From Octopus sinensis (lineage: Eukaryota), in NCBI RefSeq assembly GCF_006345805.1, contig NC_043001.1, positions 3,472,001 to 3,536,000 of the forward strand: a stretch of DNA of 64,000 bases. Reading direction: 5' to 3'. The notes under the pieces are model-generated. The model had not been told where the DNA came from. It ran no database searches and saw nothing but the letters and a program-made list of their open reading frames with translations. Positions 51,978 to 64,000 of this stretch are shown in pieces. A program made the translations under genes and the position numbers. Numbering within the stretch: the first letter of the stretch is position 1; each line of letters opens with the position of its first letter.

Positions 51978-52361
51978 AGTCTGGCTATTTTAAGTGGGGC
52001 ACAAAGATGCGTGGGTGAATGTTTATACATATTCAAAATTATCCTTTTATATCGAACAGCAATTATTTAATTGAATTAGGGAGCAGCAAAGTATTATTCA
52101 TGTAAAAGAGACCAAGTGATTTACTGACGTCTGTTTAATTAGTTGCTCGAGAATATATCTAGGTTCAATTCTAAATCAAATTACCCTTCTATGTTTTATA
52201 TGTAAAAGAATGAATAATTGTTATGGTTTACATTTTGTGAATCTGTCAAAGCATGAATAAAAATTCTTAGGTTTCCCAATTATATATGTACACACACAAA
52301 CACACATGCATGTTTACACACAAATATATATATATATGTTCATGTGTATAGCTGTGGGTAC

Positions 52362-52431
<70 letters not shown>

Positions 52432-52916
52432 TTATAGCTAAATAATAATGTTATTGCAATCGCATTCATGTGTGTATGCGTAGATGCATATTCCCACATG
52501 TGCATCAGATTTGATTTCGGTACATTTCTACAGATTCTGGTCACATGTTTAAAGTTTAAGTATTTTATTTTACTTTGATTTATTGTTTTCTCCATTTCTA
52601 TCTTTGATTATTATTATTGTTATTATTATCAATATTGTTATTATTGTTGTTGTTATTGCTATTTGTCAATTTTTAAATAAAATTGATGTATCATTCAAAG
52701 AATGTAATTTGATTTTTCAATATTGACTCATCTTGTACGCATTTCTAATTAGTTCTTACTTTGTATTCTGTTTGTAGAAATAAATTTACACTCCAAGAAT
52801 ACCAACACTCACACACATTGATACACAAATAGAAAAATTAATAGATAGTTCAGTAAATATATACATATATATACATATGCATATACATATGGATACACAC
52901 ACACATATACACATAT

Positions 52917-53011
<95 letters not shown>

Positions 53012-53185
53012 TACATACATAGGTGTAGATAAATAGATAGACAGATAGACAGACAGATAGATTGATTGATAAGAAAATAGATATGTAGTTGGTGTCCTTT
53101 GCTTGCTTAAGGAAATTAATTTCTGCTTTAAATTTCACTCTTTGTATTTTCAATTTCTTCGCCAAATTCATTTGCTTATAGATTT

Positions 53186-53218
<33 letters not shown>

Positions 53219-53432
53219 GTTGTCATTACTACTGTTATTCCCATCGTTGATATCGACATCATGAACCTGATGACTACCCCCCCCCATACATTATTGTTGT
53301 TCTCTTTCCCACTATTTCACGTGATGTAATTATTGTCTTATTGTCGCTGCTTTTATTTGTAGCTTGTCTTTGTTTGTCCCAACATAATTTTATGCTTTCC
53401 ATTATATTCACATAAATGTGCATGCAAATACA

Positions 53433-53847
53433 TAGGCGCAGAAGTGGCTGTGTGGTAAGTAGCTTGCTAACCAGCCACATGGTTGCGGGTTCAGTCCCAC
53501 TGCGTGGCATCTTCGGCAAGTGTCTTCTGCTATAGCCCCGGGCTGACCAATGCCTTGTGAGTGGATTTGGTAGACGGAAACTGAAAGAAGCCTGTCGTAT
53601 ATATGTATATATATATATATATATGTACGTGTGTTTGTGTGTGTTTGTGTGTCTGTGTTTGTCCCTCTTGACAACCGATGCTGGTGTGTTTACGTCCCCG
53701 TCACTTAGCGGTTCGGCAAAAGAGACCGATAGAATAAGTACTGGGCTTACAAAGAATAAGTCCCGGAGTCGATTTGCTAAAGGCGGTGCTCCAGCATGGC
53801 CGCAGTCAAAATGACGGAAACAAGTAAAGGAGTAAAAGAGAAAAGAG
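53433..53847 (+). mobile_element. tRNA-derived SINE, family A, full length
   Basis: taggcgcagaagtggctgtgtggtaag head, gggttcagtccc B-box-like, (gtaaaaga)n tail. Confidence 0.95.
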
Positions 53848-54114
53848 TATACACGTACTAATTCTTGACTTTACATACATACATACATGTGACATATATA
53901 TTTACACACACACACATATATATATATATACATACACACACATGCATTTATACATACTCATAAACACACACACATAAGTATGCTTCAATATCTGATAAAA
54001 AGCAATGAGAAAACATTGGGAAAGAAAGAGAACAACCAAGATTGGAAATGAATTGGTTCAAAGAAACGAAATGGATAACAAAGACAACAGATAGAATTAT
54101 AAGAAATAATCTCA

Positions 54115-54203
54115 TGCTGGTCTCGATAATGATAATGATGATGATGATGATGTTGATGAGGATGATGTAGATGAGGAAGATGAGGAAGATGAGGAAGATG
54201 ATG

Positions 54204-54235
<32 letters not shown>

Positions 54236-54284
54236 GAAGATGATGATGATGGTGATGATGATGATGATGATGAAGATGATGAAG

Positions 54285-54316
<32 letters not shown>

Positions 54317-54360
54317 GGTGATGATGACGACGAAGACGATGGTGATAAAGACAAAATTGC
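54115..54360. repeat. (GAT)n-type degenerate trinucleotide repeat
   Basis: Direct reading. Confidence 0.95.
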
Positions 54361-54622
54361 AGAATACTGAATGAAACGCAAGACCTACTCAGATATGCGT
54401 GGGCGGTGTTAAATATATTTATTTATATAAATTTATATAATTACTTCGTCATTATATTCACTGCGGTAGTATTTTGACCATATCAACGAGGAGTTTTAAG
54501 GCGGGCAATTTAAACTGGTCGTGTGCGTACATGCATATATATGTATGTATACGTTTGTATATGTAAGTATTCGTATGTTGTATATATATATATATATATG
54601 TATTTATGTGCTTCTGAGTATA

Positions 54623-54677
54623 TTCACTGATGAAGGCAGAGCATTTCTTATGCAAAGTCAGAAATCCAGGATCTGGA
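54623..54677 (+). ncRNA. Type-I hammerhead candidate with intact core
   Basis: UUCA CUGAUGA A GGC..GCAU-UUCUU-AUGC..GUC A GAAA UCC-A-GGA UC/UGGA; AUC triplet. Confidence 0.65.
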
Positions 54678-54909
54678 ATTATCCAATAAATTTTTGCTAG
54701 TTTATTTATTTGCTCTCTTTATCTTCTCTCCTGGTGCTGTATGAACATTTAATGTGGTTTTAGAGTTAGGTTTTGGCTGCTATATCTAGCATGGTGGTAT
54801 CTTTTAGATACCCTTAATTATAATTTTAATAATTATTATTACCTATGAGCTTTTATTCCCATGCTAGCCACCCGATATGATCGGTATTTTAAATAACTAA
54901 CAATCTTAT

Positions 54910-54964
<55 letters not shown>

Positions 54965-55879
54965 CATGTTCCAAAACATATGTTTACAGATTCAGTCACA
55001 CTTTATGCCCCCTCAAGGCACATTGCTAATTCAATTATAAAGCAATTGTAGGTGATTTAAATAATGAAACACACTTTGACATCTTAAACCCAGAAAAAGT
55101 GTATAGAAAACTTTTTCATAAAAAGTTTTCTTAGCCCTTTCGTTTTCAGTTTTCACAGTTTGTTTGAATCAAGGCTGAAAGTAATATAAACATCATTAAA
55201 ACATCTTTTCCGTTATTCCGCTCGTGTTTGCAATACAAATGAAAATACATCCTTAAAGGTAGGTGCTTATTAAAATCCCTTTAAAGTAAAAAGTTTTCAT
55301 CATTAGACCCAGCAGCAGTTTCAGAAGGGAAATTAGGAAATTAATATATGGGAACGAGAATTTTGAAGAAGACAGTTTCCAGGGAGTTTAAGCATTAGTG
55401 TCACTTACTAGAAGCTTTATATAAAACAAAAATCCCAATTAAACATGGTTACTCCTGAGCTACCTCACCTGAGAAACACTGTGCTGATTATAATGAATTT
55501 CCTTCCATCCACCACGCGTCTAAACTGACTGATTCATTAGACATTTGTCCTGTTATAATTCTTTAAACGATATACCTTGTATACGTACAGAGATACCGTT
55601 ATCCGAAATAAATTTTGACTGTAACGATTTCTTCATAACTCCTCCAAACTTCTAGCCAGGTGTATTCATTTTTACCTGTTTTTGATTTCACTCATTGATT
55701 TTTGGCCCTTATAGGCACTCCATTTTTTCTCAAGGGTTTCAGTCGATCTTCTTTATACATTTATCGACCTGATGCTTACTTAAATATACTCTGTATGAAA
55801 GTATTTCACATATAAACAAATGGCTTGACAACTCTGATAAACACATATACACACACATACACACACGTACGCACACACA

Positions 55880-56080
55880 TGCACTGACAGAACGATTAGC
55901 GTTTCGGAAAGATCCTTAGCCGCATTTCTACCGATGTTGTTTTCTGAGTTCGAGACACACTGGTGTTGACTTGCCTTCCATCATTTCAGGGTCGATAAAA
56001 TACTACCAGTTGAGCATTAAAGTCTATGTAACCGACGTATCCCTTTCCACAAACGCTTAACCTTGTCCCCTAATTTATTA
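55880..56080 (+). mobile_element. Family B-related SINE, diverged
   Basis: ttctgagttcga...gacttgccttccatcatttcagggtcgataaaatactaccagt. Confidence 0.75.
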
Positions 56081-56091
56081 CCAATATATAT

Positions 56092-56240
56092 AGGGACAAG
56101 TGTGGCTGGCTTACCAACCACACGGTTCCTGGTTCAGTCCCACTGCGTGGCACCTTGGGCAAGTGTCTTCTACTATAGCCTCGGCCCGACCAAAACCTTG
56201 CTAGCAGATGTGGTAGACAAAACTGAAAGAAGCTCGTCCC

Positions 56241-56301
<61 letters not shown>

Positions 56302-56502
56302 TGTGTGTTTGTCCTCTCACTATCACTTGATAACCGATATTGGTGTGTTTATGACGTCCCGTAACTTAGCGGTTCCGCAAAACAGACCGATAGAAAAGTG
56401 CTATGCTTACAAAGAATAAGTCGTGGGGTCAATTTGCTTGACTAAAGGCTGTGCTCCAGCATGGGCGCAGTCAAATGACTGAAACAAGTAAAAGAATAAA
56501 AG

Positions 56503-56505
<3 letters not shown>
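56092..56505 (+). mobile_element. Family A SINE
   Basis: ggttcagtcccactgcgtggcaccttgggcaagtgtcttctactatagcc. Confidence 0.93.
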
Positions 56506-56543
<38 letters not shown>

Positions 56544-56641
56544 TGCATTTTGCGGGGTCAATAAATTTGTACAAGGTATGAATGGTAGATTGGTAGAAGT
56601 GTAAGAACATGAAACATTTGGTATTTGTCCTTGCTGTTTGC

Positions 56642-56697
56642 AGTCTGCGTTCGAATCCCACTAGGGTATATTTGGTTAGTAGACTTAATCAGTGACT
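56642..56697 (-). ncRNA. Degenerate hammerhead-like motif
   Basis: GUCA CUGAUUA A GUCUACUA..UAGUGGGAU UC GAAC GC AGAC; several core changes. Confidence 0.35.
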
Positions 56698-58459
56698 CGG
56701 CTTCAGACGATCACCCGATACTTTTGTTGTCTTCTGTAGAAACCACTCTATTGCAAGCATTTGGGTTAGCTGTTTGGTCTCAGGATATCTTCCTTCTTCC
56801 CTTTATCCCACCTGTCTTCCCTGCTGACAAAATTATTAACAAAAAACATATAATCTGTATTTCGAATGCAGCGAAGTGAGTTCTCCATTGCCAAGTTGCT
56901 GGTACGTGGGATCCTATCATGTTAGGTTAAGAATCCTAACTCAGGAGGTTGATTTGGTGGGTTACGCTGTTGTAATATTTCGCATAGGTTTTACAGCAGA
57001 CTTGAAATTTGATTCCCATAGGTGATCGAATGATTTCTTTCCATTTTCGTCAATATCTATTCATAGGCTTTCGCACAGCGTCTGTCCACAGAATTCTACG
57101 CAAAAACAGAGATAAACGCAACTCAACATAATCAATATATTTACATGAAACATGACGTGTGTCATAACCAAGTTGATTCCGTAATAAAGCCTCCAGAAAT
57201 TTGGTAGCCTAGAGTGAGTCTGAACTGGGAACAAAATAGTTGTGGAATGACATTCTTAACCACACAGCTCTGCCTATAAAGAATTCCAGTTCAAAGGAAA
57301 ATGATTGTGGATAGAAAGACTAAAATGCGTTGTAAACCCACGCAACTGTCACTGATTACATGTTCTGTTTTGATTCTGATGTAAAATATTTCGCAATCCA
57401 ACCAAAGTTTTATATGATAACAAAGTGTTTGTACATCCATATAGAAACGGTTTGCAACAGAATCCTCTAATCCTCTCTACAGCTTCCCAAATAAATCTAT
57501 CGAAGACAGTTGAAGATTCCATTAGTTAAATATGCCATTACGTCTAGAATCTGATTAATATTTAGAATTGCAGTTTCTTCAAGTTACTCATTACATCAAG
57601 TATATACATTGTGGTACTTGACAGTTTCTTGAGAGGAACTTTGTTTTAAAAAGCTAGAGAGGGAGAAAAAGAGGAGGGAGAGAGATGGAGAGAGGGAGAG
57701 AGAGGGATACGGGGGGAGAGAGACAGAAAGAGCAAGGGAGTAAGAGAAACATGGTGACAGAAAATATTGGAGTTTAATGTATGGACTGAGAGTAATTTTG
57801 TTTCTATGATATTTATTTTTTGGTACTTTCACAAATTTTGTCATGGTTACCGAAATATAATTTTATAATTCAGAATTCACATTGTTTTGGTTTTTCAAAT
57901 ATTTTCTTTCTTTCTCTTAAGTTTCATAAATTCTGGTCTCAAAACAGTCTTAGGTCTTACTGCCAACGCGAACACTCCCACCTGTTGCCTTACTCTTCGC
58001 TTTCACCTTTGCAAAATCTATAAAGCATTGGAGAAATTAATTTGCAGGGTTTTTTCTAACTCTTCACATTCTGAGTTCAAATCCTGCTGAAATCAAATTC
58101 GAGATTCAGTCATGTACCGAAATCAATGGCATTAAGTTACGCCATTCCCTCAAAACTGTTAGTATTATACCGAAAATATAAACAATCATTAGTCAGGTAG
58201 TTAACTAATTAACTAATTAATCGATTCCTTAGCTATTCGTTTGATCACTCAATCAATCAGTCGGTTCGTCAAGAACTCTTACAGAACCATTTCCATTGTC
58301 AACAATGATGTACTTTCATTGGTTTCAAGTTGCCCGGTATTGGGATTGTTAAACTCCTTCCCCTGGCTGCCGGGTCTTCGTCACGATGATGGTGGTGATT
58401 GGGAACGTCGTCGTCATCGTAATAGTAGTAGTAGTACTAGTAGTAGTAGTAGCAGCAGC

Positions 58460-58640
58460 AGCATTTGAAGCAGATGCTCACCGCTATTGGGGCGGAAATG
58501 TCTATCCGCAAGTGTTGGCCCGTGAGTTAGGGGTGTTTGTTCAAGCGCTTCTCTTTCGCTATCCCCCAGGGTAATGCTTTTTCCATTCGGTATGCTGCTG
58601 CCAAGAAAAATCTTTCTAAGAAGATGAACGTGTAAGTTCC
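58460..58640 (+). mobile_element. CRE-like RLE retrotransposon C-terminal relic
   Basis: LFKRFSFAIPQGNAFSIR resembles LFQRLS.AIQRGNA.S. Confidence 0.55.
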
Positions 58641-59225
58641 GTTGCCATGGATTGCTTTATTACATTGGAACGATGCCTCTATCCTTAATCAATTCTCTGA
58701 TGTAATTACTGTGCGGGCATATTTTCTACAAAATGCCTTTTCATTACGTTCGATTCTAATTCGCCAAACTTAAGAAATATCTTCCCTGTATATTTTCTAT
58801 TCAACTTGTAGGACTTTCTCGCCCTTCTCCGTGTTTTCCCTCTGTTACGCATGCGCCGTACATCCCTCATCCACTCTAATGGTTTATATTTACTCTGCTA
58901 TTACCTTATTGTTTGCGTCCTCTTTACATTTTCTGCCTCGGTCTTCTCTACTTGTTTTGTTTCTCTACACATCGGGAATCTACTATTGTCTACCTTTCGA
59001 CTTTGTCTATTTCCTCATTTGTATGACTTATTTTATCACTGTTTTCTTGACAATGTCAGATGATGTCTTGTAAGTACTAACGCAGCTTTAGTTACCCACT
59101 TCTTATTCTTCATCGCGTCTTTTCTTCTTTTTTCTTTCTTTACCCCCACTCTACTCCTAACACCACACCTGCCATTGCACCACTATATTCAAAAACGCTG
59201 CTCTGCCCATATGTATTAGCCAGAA

Positions 59226-59261
59226 TCTTCTGATGAAGATAACATGAATTCGAATCGCAGA
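59226..59261 (+). ncRNA. Degenerate hammerhead-like motif
   Basis: UCUU CUGAUGA AGAU...UUC GAAUC GCAGA: CUGAUGA is intact, the GAAA box is mutated. Confidence 0.35.
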
Positions 59262-59487
59262 TCTATAAATGTTTGAGTTATTCTATGCACCTATGATATT
59301 ACGTGGGTCAACTGCATAATAAACATAGTTATCCCACAAATGATACTTTTGCTGAAACAGCTGTAAGGATTACCCTGTTACATCATGCTTTTGGTTTATT
59401 TGAATTCCATGTAAATATACTGATTACGCTGAGTTGCGTTTATCTGTCTTCCCTCTTACACTTTCTCCTCTGTGTGTGTATATATAT

Positions 59488-59617
<130 letters not shown>

Positions 59618-60569
59618 GTATACATATATGATGAGAAAGGAAATTAAATCCATATGACATAGGTGGAAAGCTATAAATATTTCCCCACAATTTTCCTGGA
59701 TATAATTGCCAAGTCCAAACAAAATTACAGGAAAAAAAAAGAAAACACAGCAGTAATAAATTAAATTAAAAAGGAAAAAAAGGAAAAAGGAAATCATTAA
59801 AATCGAATTTCTTAACTTGATGAAACATTTACAAAGTCTTTATTTCGTGGAAGGCGGAGGAGAGAAGAAGAAGAATGGAAAGAGAGAGAGAGTAAAGAGA
59901 AAAGGGAGAAAGAGAGAGGGACAGGGAGAGAGATGGAAAGGATGAGAAAGAAGAGGGAGAGATAGCTATTTCTATAATTTTATATACTGAGAGAATTTTA
60001 AATAAATATTTCTTATTGATTTGTTAGAAATATTTATTCTACATTCGTTCTAATCTTATTGGAATCAATAATTTGTAGTAAATGATATTTTATTTGATCT
60101 TGGTCCAGAATAAATAACGTTATGGATAGATAACTTCAACAAGAAATACAAAACAACACACAAAAATATACATTGTTTCTCACTTTTTTTTTTTATATTT
60201 TCATTTTCATTCCTCAATTATTTTTATTTATTAAATTTTGTTTAATATTTCCCCCCCTGTTTTTCATTGTTACTGGATCATTTTTAAAAAATTGTTCTTG
60301 TCTTTTTGTTCTGAATTTGCATTTTATTTATTTGCAATTTTTTTTTTTCAAATATTGAATACTTATAAATTAAATTATACGTTTGTAAGAGAAATATAAA
60401 AATACATTAAATGTTAGATTAATCATCGGAAAATAAAAGCAAAACAAGAAATAGAAATATTGGTGTCATATCATCATATAATTCATTCCACGAGTTTCTT
60501 AATGAAATCCTATCTCTCCCCACTCTCTCTCTTCCCCCTCTCTCTCTCTCTCTGCTTTTCTGTTTTTCA

Positions 60570-61010
60570 CTCTCATACTTTTGATGGTAATGATGCTTAT
60601 GATGGTGATATTGGTAACGCTGATGATGGTATTCATGGTAGTGGCGGTGGTGGTGATGGTTGTAGTGATAGTGGTCGTAGTGGTGAGTATGCTAATCGTG
60701 GTGGCCATGGTTGTAGCAGTGATGGTGGCACTAGTGAAGCTAAAGGTTGTGGTTGCGCTACACTGGGGCTGATAGCGATACTGATGGTACTGGTGGCAGT
60801 TATGGTGGTGGTGTTGGTGCTGGTAGTGGTGGTGGTCAGGATAGTTGTGCTGCTGTTGGTGGTGTTGAAAGTAGTATTACAGGTGGTAATAGGCGTTGTG
60901 GCAGTGGTAGATGTAGCAGAGGTGGTAGTGTTCGTGGTGGAGTTGCTTCTAATGCAGTTTGTAGTGGTGGTGGTGAAAAGGGGGACGGTGGAGAATTAGT
61001 GGTGGGGTAG
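60570..61010. repeat. Degenerate (GGT/AGT)n low-complexity tract
   Basis: Direct reading. Confidence 0.85.
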
Positions 61011-61277
61011 GACACGAAATCGTATGGGGTTGGGGAATGTTCGGTTCCTTCAAGTGATGGAAGGTGTTGCAGTTAAACACGAATCAATATTCTAAGAGAA
61101 TCTTGACTTCATAAAACTTGATTTAAATAACGATGTGGTGGGTGTATATTAGAAGCTAAATTTCAATACATATACATACAACGCACAACGTATACACTTA
61201 TATATATGTGTGTGTGCATGTGCGTGTACGTGCGTCTGTATGCGTGTGCGCGTGCATATATACATATATACATACAT

Positions 61278-61363
<86 letters not shown>

Positions 61364-61798
61364 CATACATATATTGCACAAAAACACATAGACATACATA
61401 TACAGTACAGTTGAGGCTTTAAGGTGGTACGATGTTTGCTTCCTTGTTTACCATCCAAATGGTTTAGGGCTTTGTGTGTGATCGAGCAAAAGCACGTGAC
61501 TGGATTCGGTAGATGGAAACTAAAAGAAGCCTTTCGTATATTTATACGTCTCTACACTCTTCATTTGTAATGACAAAATATGAACTCGTATCGGAAGTTG
61601 CATAACACGGACAGGAAGTGCTTCTACCACTTCTTTTCTTGTATAATGGAACTGCATCTATAACATATTGATGCATTTTTATTTGTTATTTCTGCATTCA
61701 TTCTCCTGCTTCCCTATATACTCCTTATTCGCTTCCTTTTCCAGAATAACTCCTCATATTGAACTCTAACATTTCCCTCTAGTTAACAATCTCACATC

Positions 61799-61846
61799 GT
61801 CTCTCATGAACAGATGACCCTCAGACCCCAGAAACAGCTGTAAGAC
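61799..61846 (+). ncRNA. Type-I hammerhead motif (G5C in this copy)
   Basis: GUCU CUCAUGA...CA GAAAC AGCU GUA/AGAC; palindromic ACAGCUGU helix III. Confidence 0.55.
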
Positions 61847-61913
61847 AAACTTTCTCTTTATAAATGTCCTGAAAAATCCACACTACTTTGGCATTGTTGT
61901 TTCATTTTATTTA

Positions 61914-61951
<38 letters not shown>

Positions 61952-61959
61952 ATATATAT

Positions 61960-62366
61960 ATAGGCGCAAGAGTGGCTGTGTGGTAAGAAGCTTGATTCCT
62001 AACCACTTGGATCCGAGTTCAGTCTCCCTGTGTAGAATCTTGAGTTTCTGCTACTATAGCCTCGGGCCGACCAAAGCCTTGGCAATGGATTTGGGAAAGG
62101 GAAACTGAAAGAATCCCGACATATATGTATATATATATGTATGTGTATTTATGTATTTGTGTGTCAGCGTTTGATACCCCCAGCATCTCTCCACGACCCA
62201 CGTTGGTGTGTTTACGTCTCTGTAACTTAGCTATTCGGCAAAACGGACCGATAAAATAAGTTCTAAGTTTACAAAGAATAAGTCCTGGTGTTGATTTGTT
62301 TGAATAAAGGCGGTTATCCAGCATGGCCGCATCAAATGACAGAAACAAATAAAAGAATAAAAGAAT
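61960..62366 (+). mobile_element. Family A SINE
   Basis: taggcgcaagagtggctgtgtggtaag head through the aaaagaataaaagaat tail. Confidence 0.92.
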
Positions 62367-62405
62367 GGAAGATGGAGGCGGAAGTAGCACAGAAATAAGC
62401 CTAAG

Positions 62406-62765
62406 ACATTTCAATTTAAAAAGGAATTTAAAATTACTTTAAAAATTATATAAAAAAAATATTTATTTAAAATATCATCGCTTTCGATGTTTATAAAAAT
62501 TTTAAGTAAAAACATTTCATCTTCTGTCTGGATGCCACGAACATGTCTGGAGACTTTTCGTTGCAGTCTTCTTTAAATACAATTTGGTCTGAAGACTTCA
62601 AAGAAAAATCTCCAGACACGTTGTTGACTCCCAGACAGAAGATAAACTGTTTTTACTTCAAATTTTTATTAATTATTACTGATATTTCATAATATGACAT
62701 ACACCGAAACCGTTGATATAATTTTTAAAATCATTTTTAATAAATTCCCTCTTAAATTAAAATGT
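62406..62765. repeat. About 360 bp imperfect palindrome (MITE/foldback-like)
   Basis: tcttctgtctgg/ccagacagaaga, tgtctggaga/tctccagaca, agtcttc/gaagact and acattt..aatttaa/ttaaattaaaatgt arms. Confidence 0.85.
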
Positions 62766-62902
62766 ATTTGACTTCTGTGCAATTTCCACCTCCAACATTT
62801 AGATAGAAAAATTTGATTTTTATAAATGTCTAATCATTTTCAACTATATACACACACATACAGTGGGGGGAAATAAATATTCGTAGATGTCAAAATTCTA
62901 CA

Positions 62903-63716
62903 TTGACCATCCTAAACATATATATCGGAGATCACAGACTACAGGAGGTGGAGAAGTTTACCTGTCTTGGCTATACCGTCACCTACAACCTATCCCTTGA
63001 TACTGAGCTCAATATACGCATTGGCAAGGCAGCTGCTGTGATGGCCCAACTCTCCAAACGGGCATGGGGCAACAATAAGCTGGCCAAGACCACAAAAATG
63101 AAGATTTACCAGGGATGTGTACTTAGCACTCTACTGTATGGAAGTGAGACTTGGACGCCATACACACGCCATACGACGACATACGTCGCCTAAATATTTT
63201 TCACCTGCGCTGCCTCCCGAAAATACTTCGCATCAAATGGCAGAATCATGTCCCCCAACAATGATGTCCTCAAGCAAGCAGGAATACCAAGCATGTTTAC
63301 ACTCCTCACACAAAGACATATGAGATGGCTTGGACATGTTAGCCGTATGGAAGATGGCAGAATCCCCAAGAACATACTCAACGGAGAGCTTGCTAGGGGT
63401 ACTAGGTCTGTGGGAAGACTGTTCTTACAATACAAGGATGTTTGCAAAAGGGACTTGAATGCCTGCAACATCAATATTACCAACTGGGAAGCAGTTGCCA
63501 GCAACCGTGGAGATTGGCGACGTACCGTAAAAGAGGGAACACAAAGGAGTGACATAGAGGGAGAGGAGAAATGGAAAGACAAGAAAAGACGTCAACAAGA
63601 AAGTATGACGTTAGAACAGCCAGGCAAAGTCTTCGCTACATTTGCGGCACCTGCCAGAGGGAGTGTTTGTCCACGATAGGACTACACAGCCACAGCAGGA
63701 GATGTATTAGGACATG
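62903..63716 (+). mobile_element. RTE (BovB-like) LINE 3' fragment with C-terminal zinc-finger remnant
   Basis: RIGKAAAVMAQLSKRAW...TKMKIYQGCVLSTLLYGSETWT; MRWLGHVSRMEDGRIPKNILNGELARG; YKDVCKRDL; GLHSHSRRC. Confidence 0.93.
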
Positions 63717-64000
63717 AAATGTAAAAGCCGGACTAGATTATTTTATGCGCAACTCCATTGTCTCCCGAGACAAAAAGGATCGTAGCAACAATACATATGG
63801 ATTTCGTAGACAGGAACTGAAACAAATCAATCGTATATATATGTATGTATATACATATGTAAGTGTATGTGTGTGTCTTTGTCTCTGTGCTTCGCCCTCA
63901 TCACTGCTTCACAACTGCTGTTCATTTATTTACATCCAATTAACTTACTGGTTTCACAAGAACAAACTAATATAATAAGTACTAGGCTTATCAACATAAA

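Noticed and set aside
54115-54372. Asp-rich acidic protein exon
   Set aside because: A (GAT)n microsatellite open in several frames, with no convincing splice sites.
60570-61010. Mucin-like Thr-rich or Gly/Val-rich exon
   Set aside because: Degenerate triplet repeat; the frame shifts within it and there are no supporting splice signals.

Overview
AT-rich, microsatellite-dense eukaryotic DNA, intergenic or intronic in character. It is most likely cephalopod (octopus); this is inferred from the tRNA-derived SINE families and repeat style and is not proven. No complete host gene, rRNA, true tRNA or CRISPR array is supportable, and nearly all long ORFs in the track are microsatellite artefacts. 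The window is a graveyard of retroelements: two abundant tRNA-SINE families, RTE, RLE (R4/NeSL/CRE-type) and CR1-like LINE relics, four Penelope-like (PLE) coding relics, and mariner, maT, piggyBac-like and Helentron-like DNA transposon relics. The main unexpected signal is a dense set of about 11 minimal type-I hammerhead ribozyme (HHR) motifs from at least 6 unrelated sequence families, those with an intact or reconstructable helix III all making it palindromic. Two have intact catalytic cores (35002-35044 and 54623-54677). One sits in a non-coding inverted plus partial-tandem, retrozyme-like unit. One forms the 3' end of a Pol III tRNA-headed SINE (48677-49146), and a separate palindrome of that SINE's tail (7160-7285) is centred on the predicted cleavage site. 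Also notable are a 5'-inverted (twin-priming-like) RTE insertion and head-less SINE multimers with a fixed, recurrent junction. All folding was done by eye; activity is untested.
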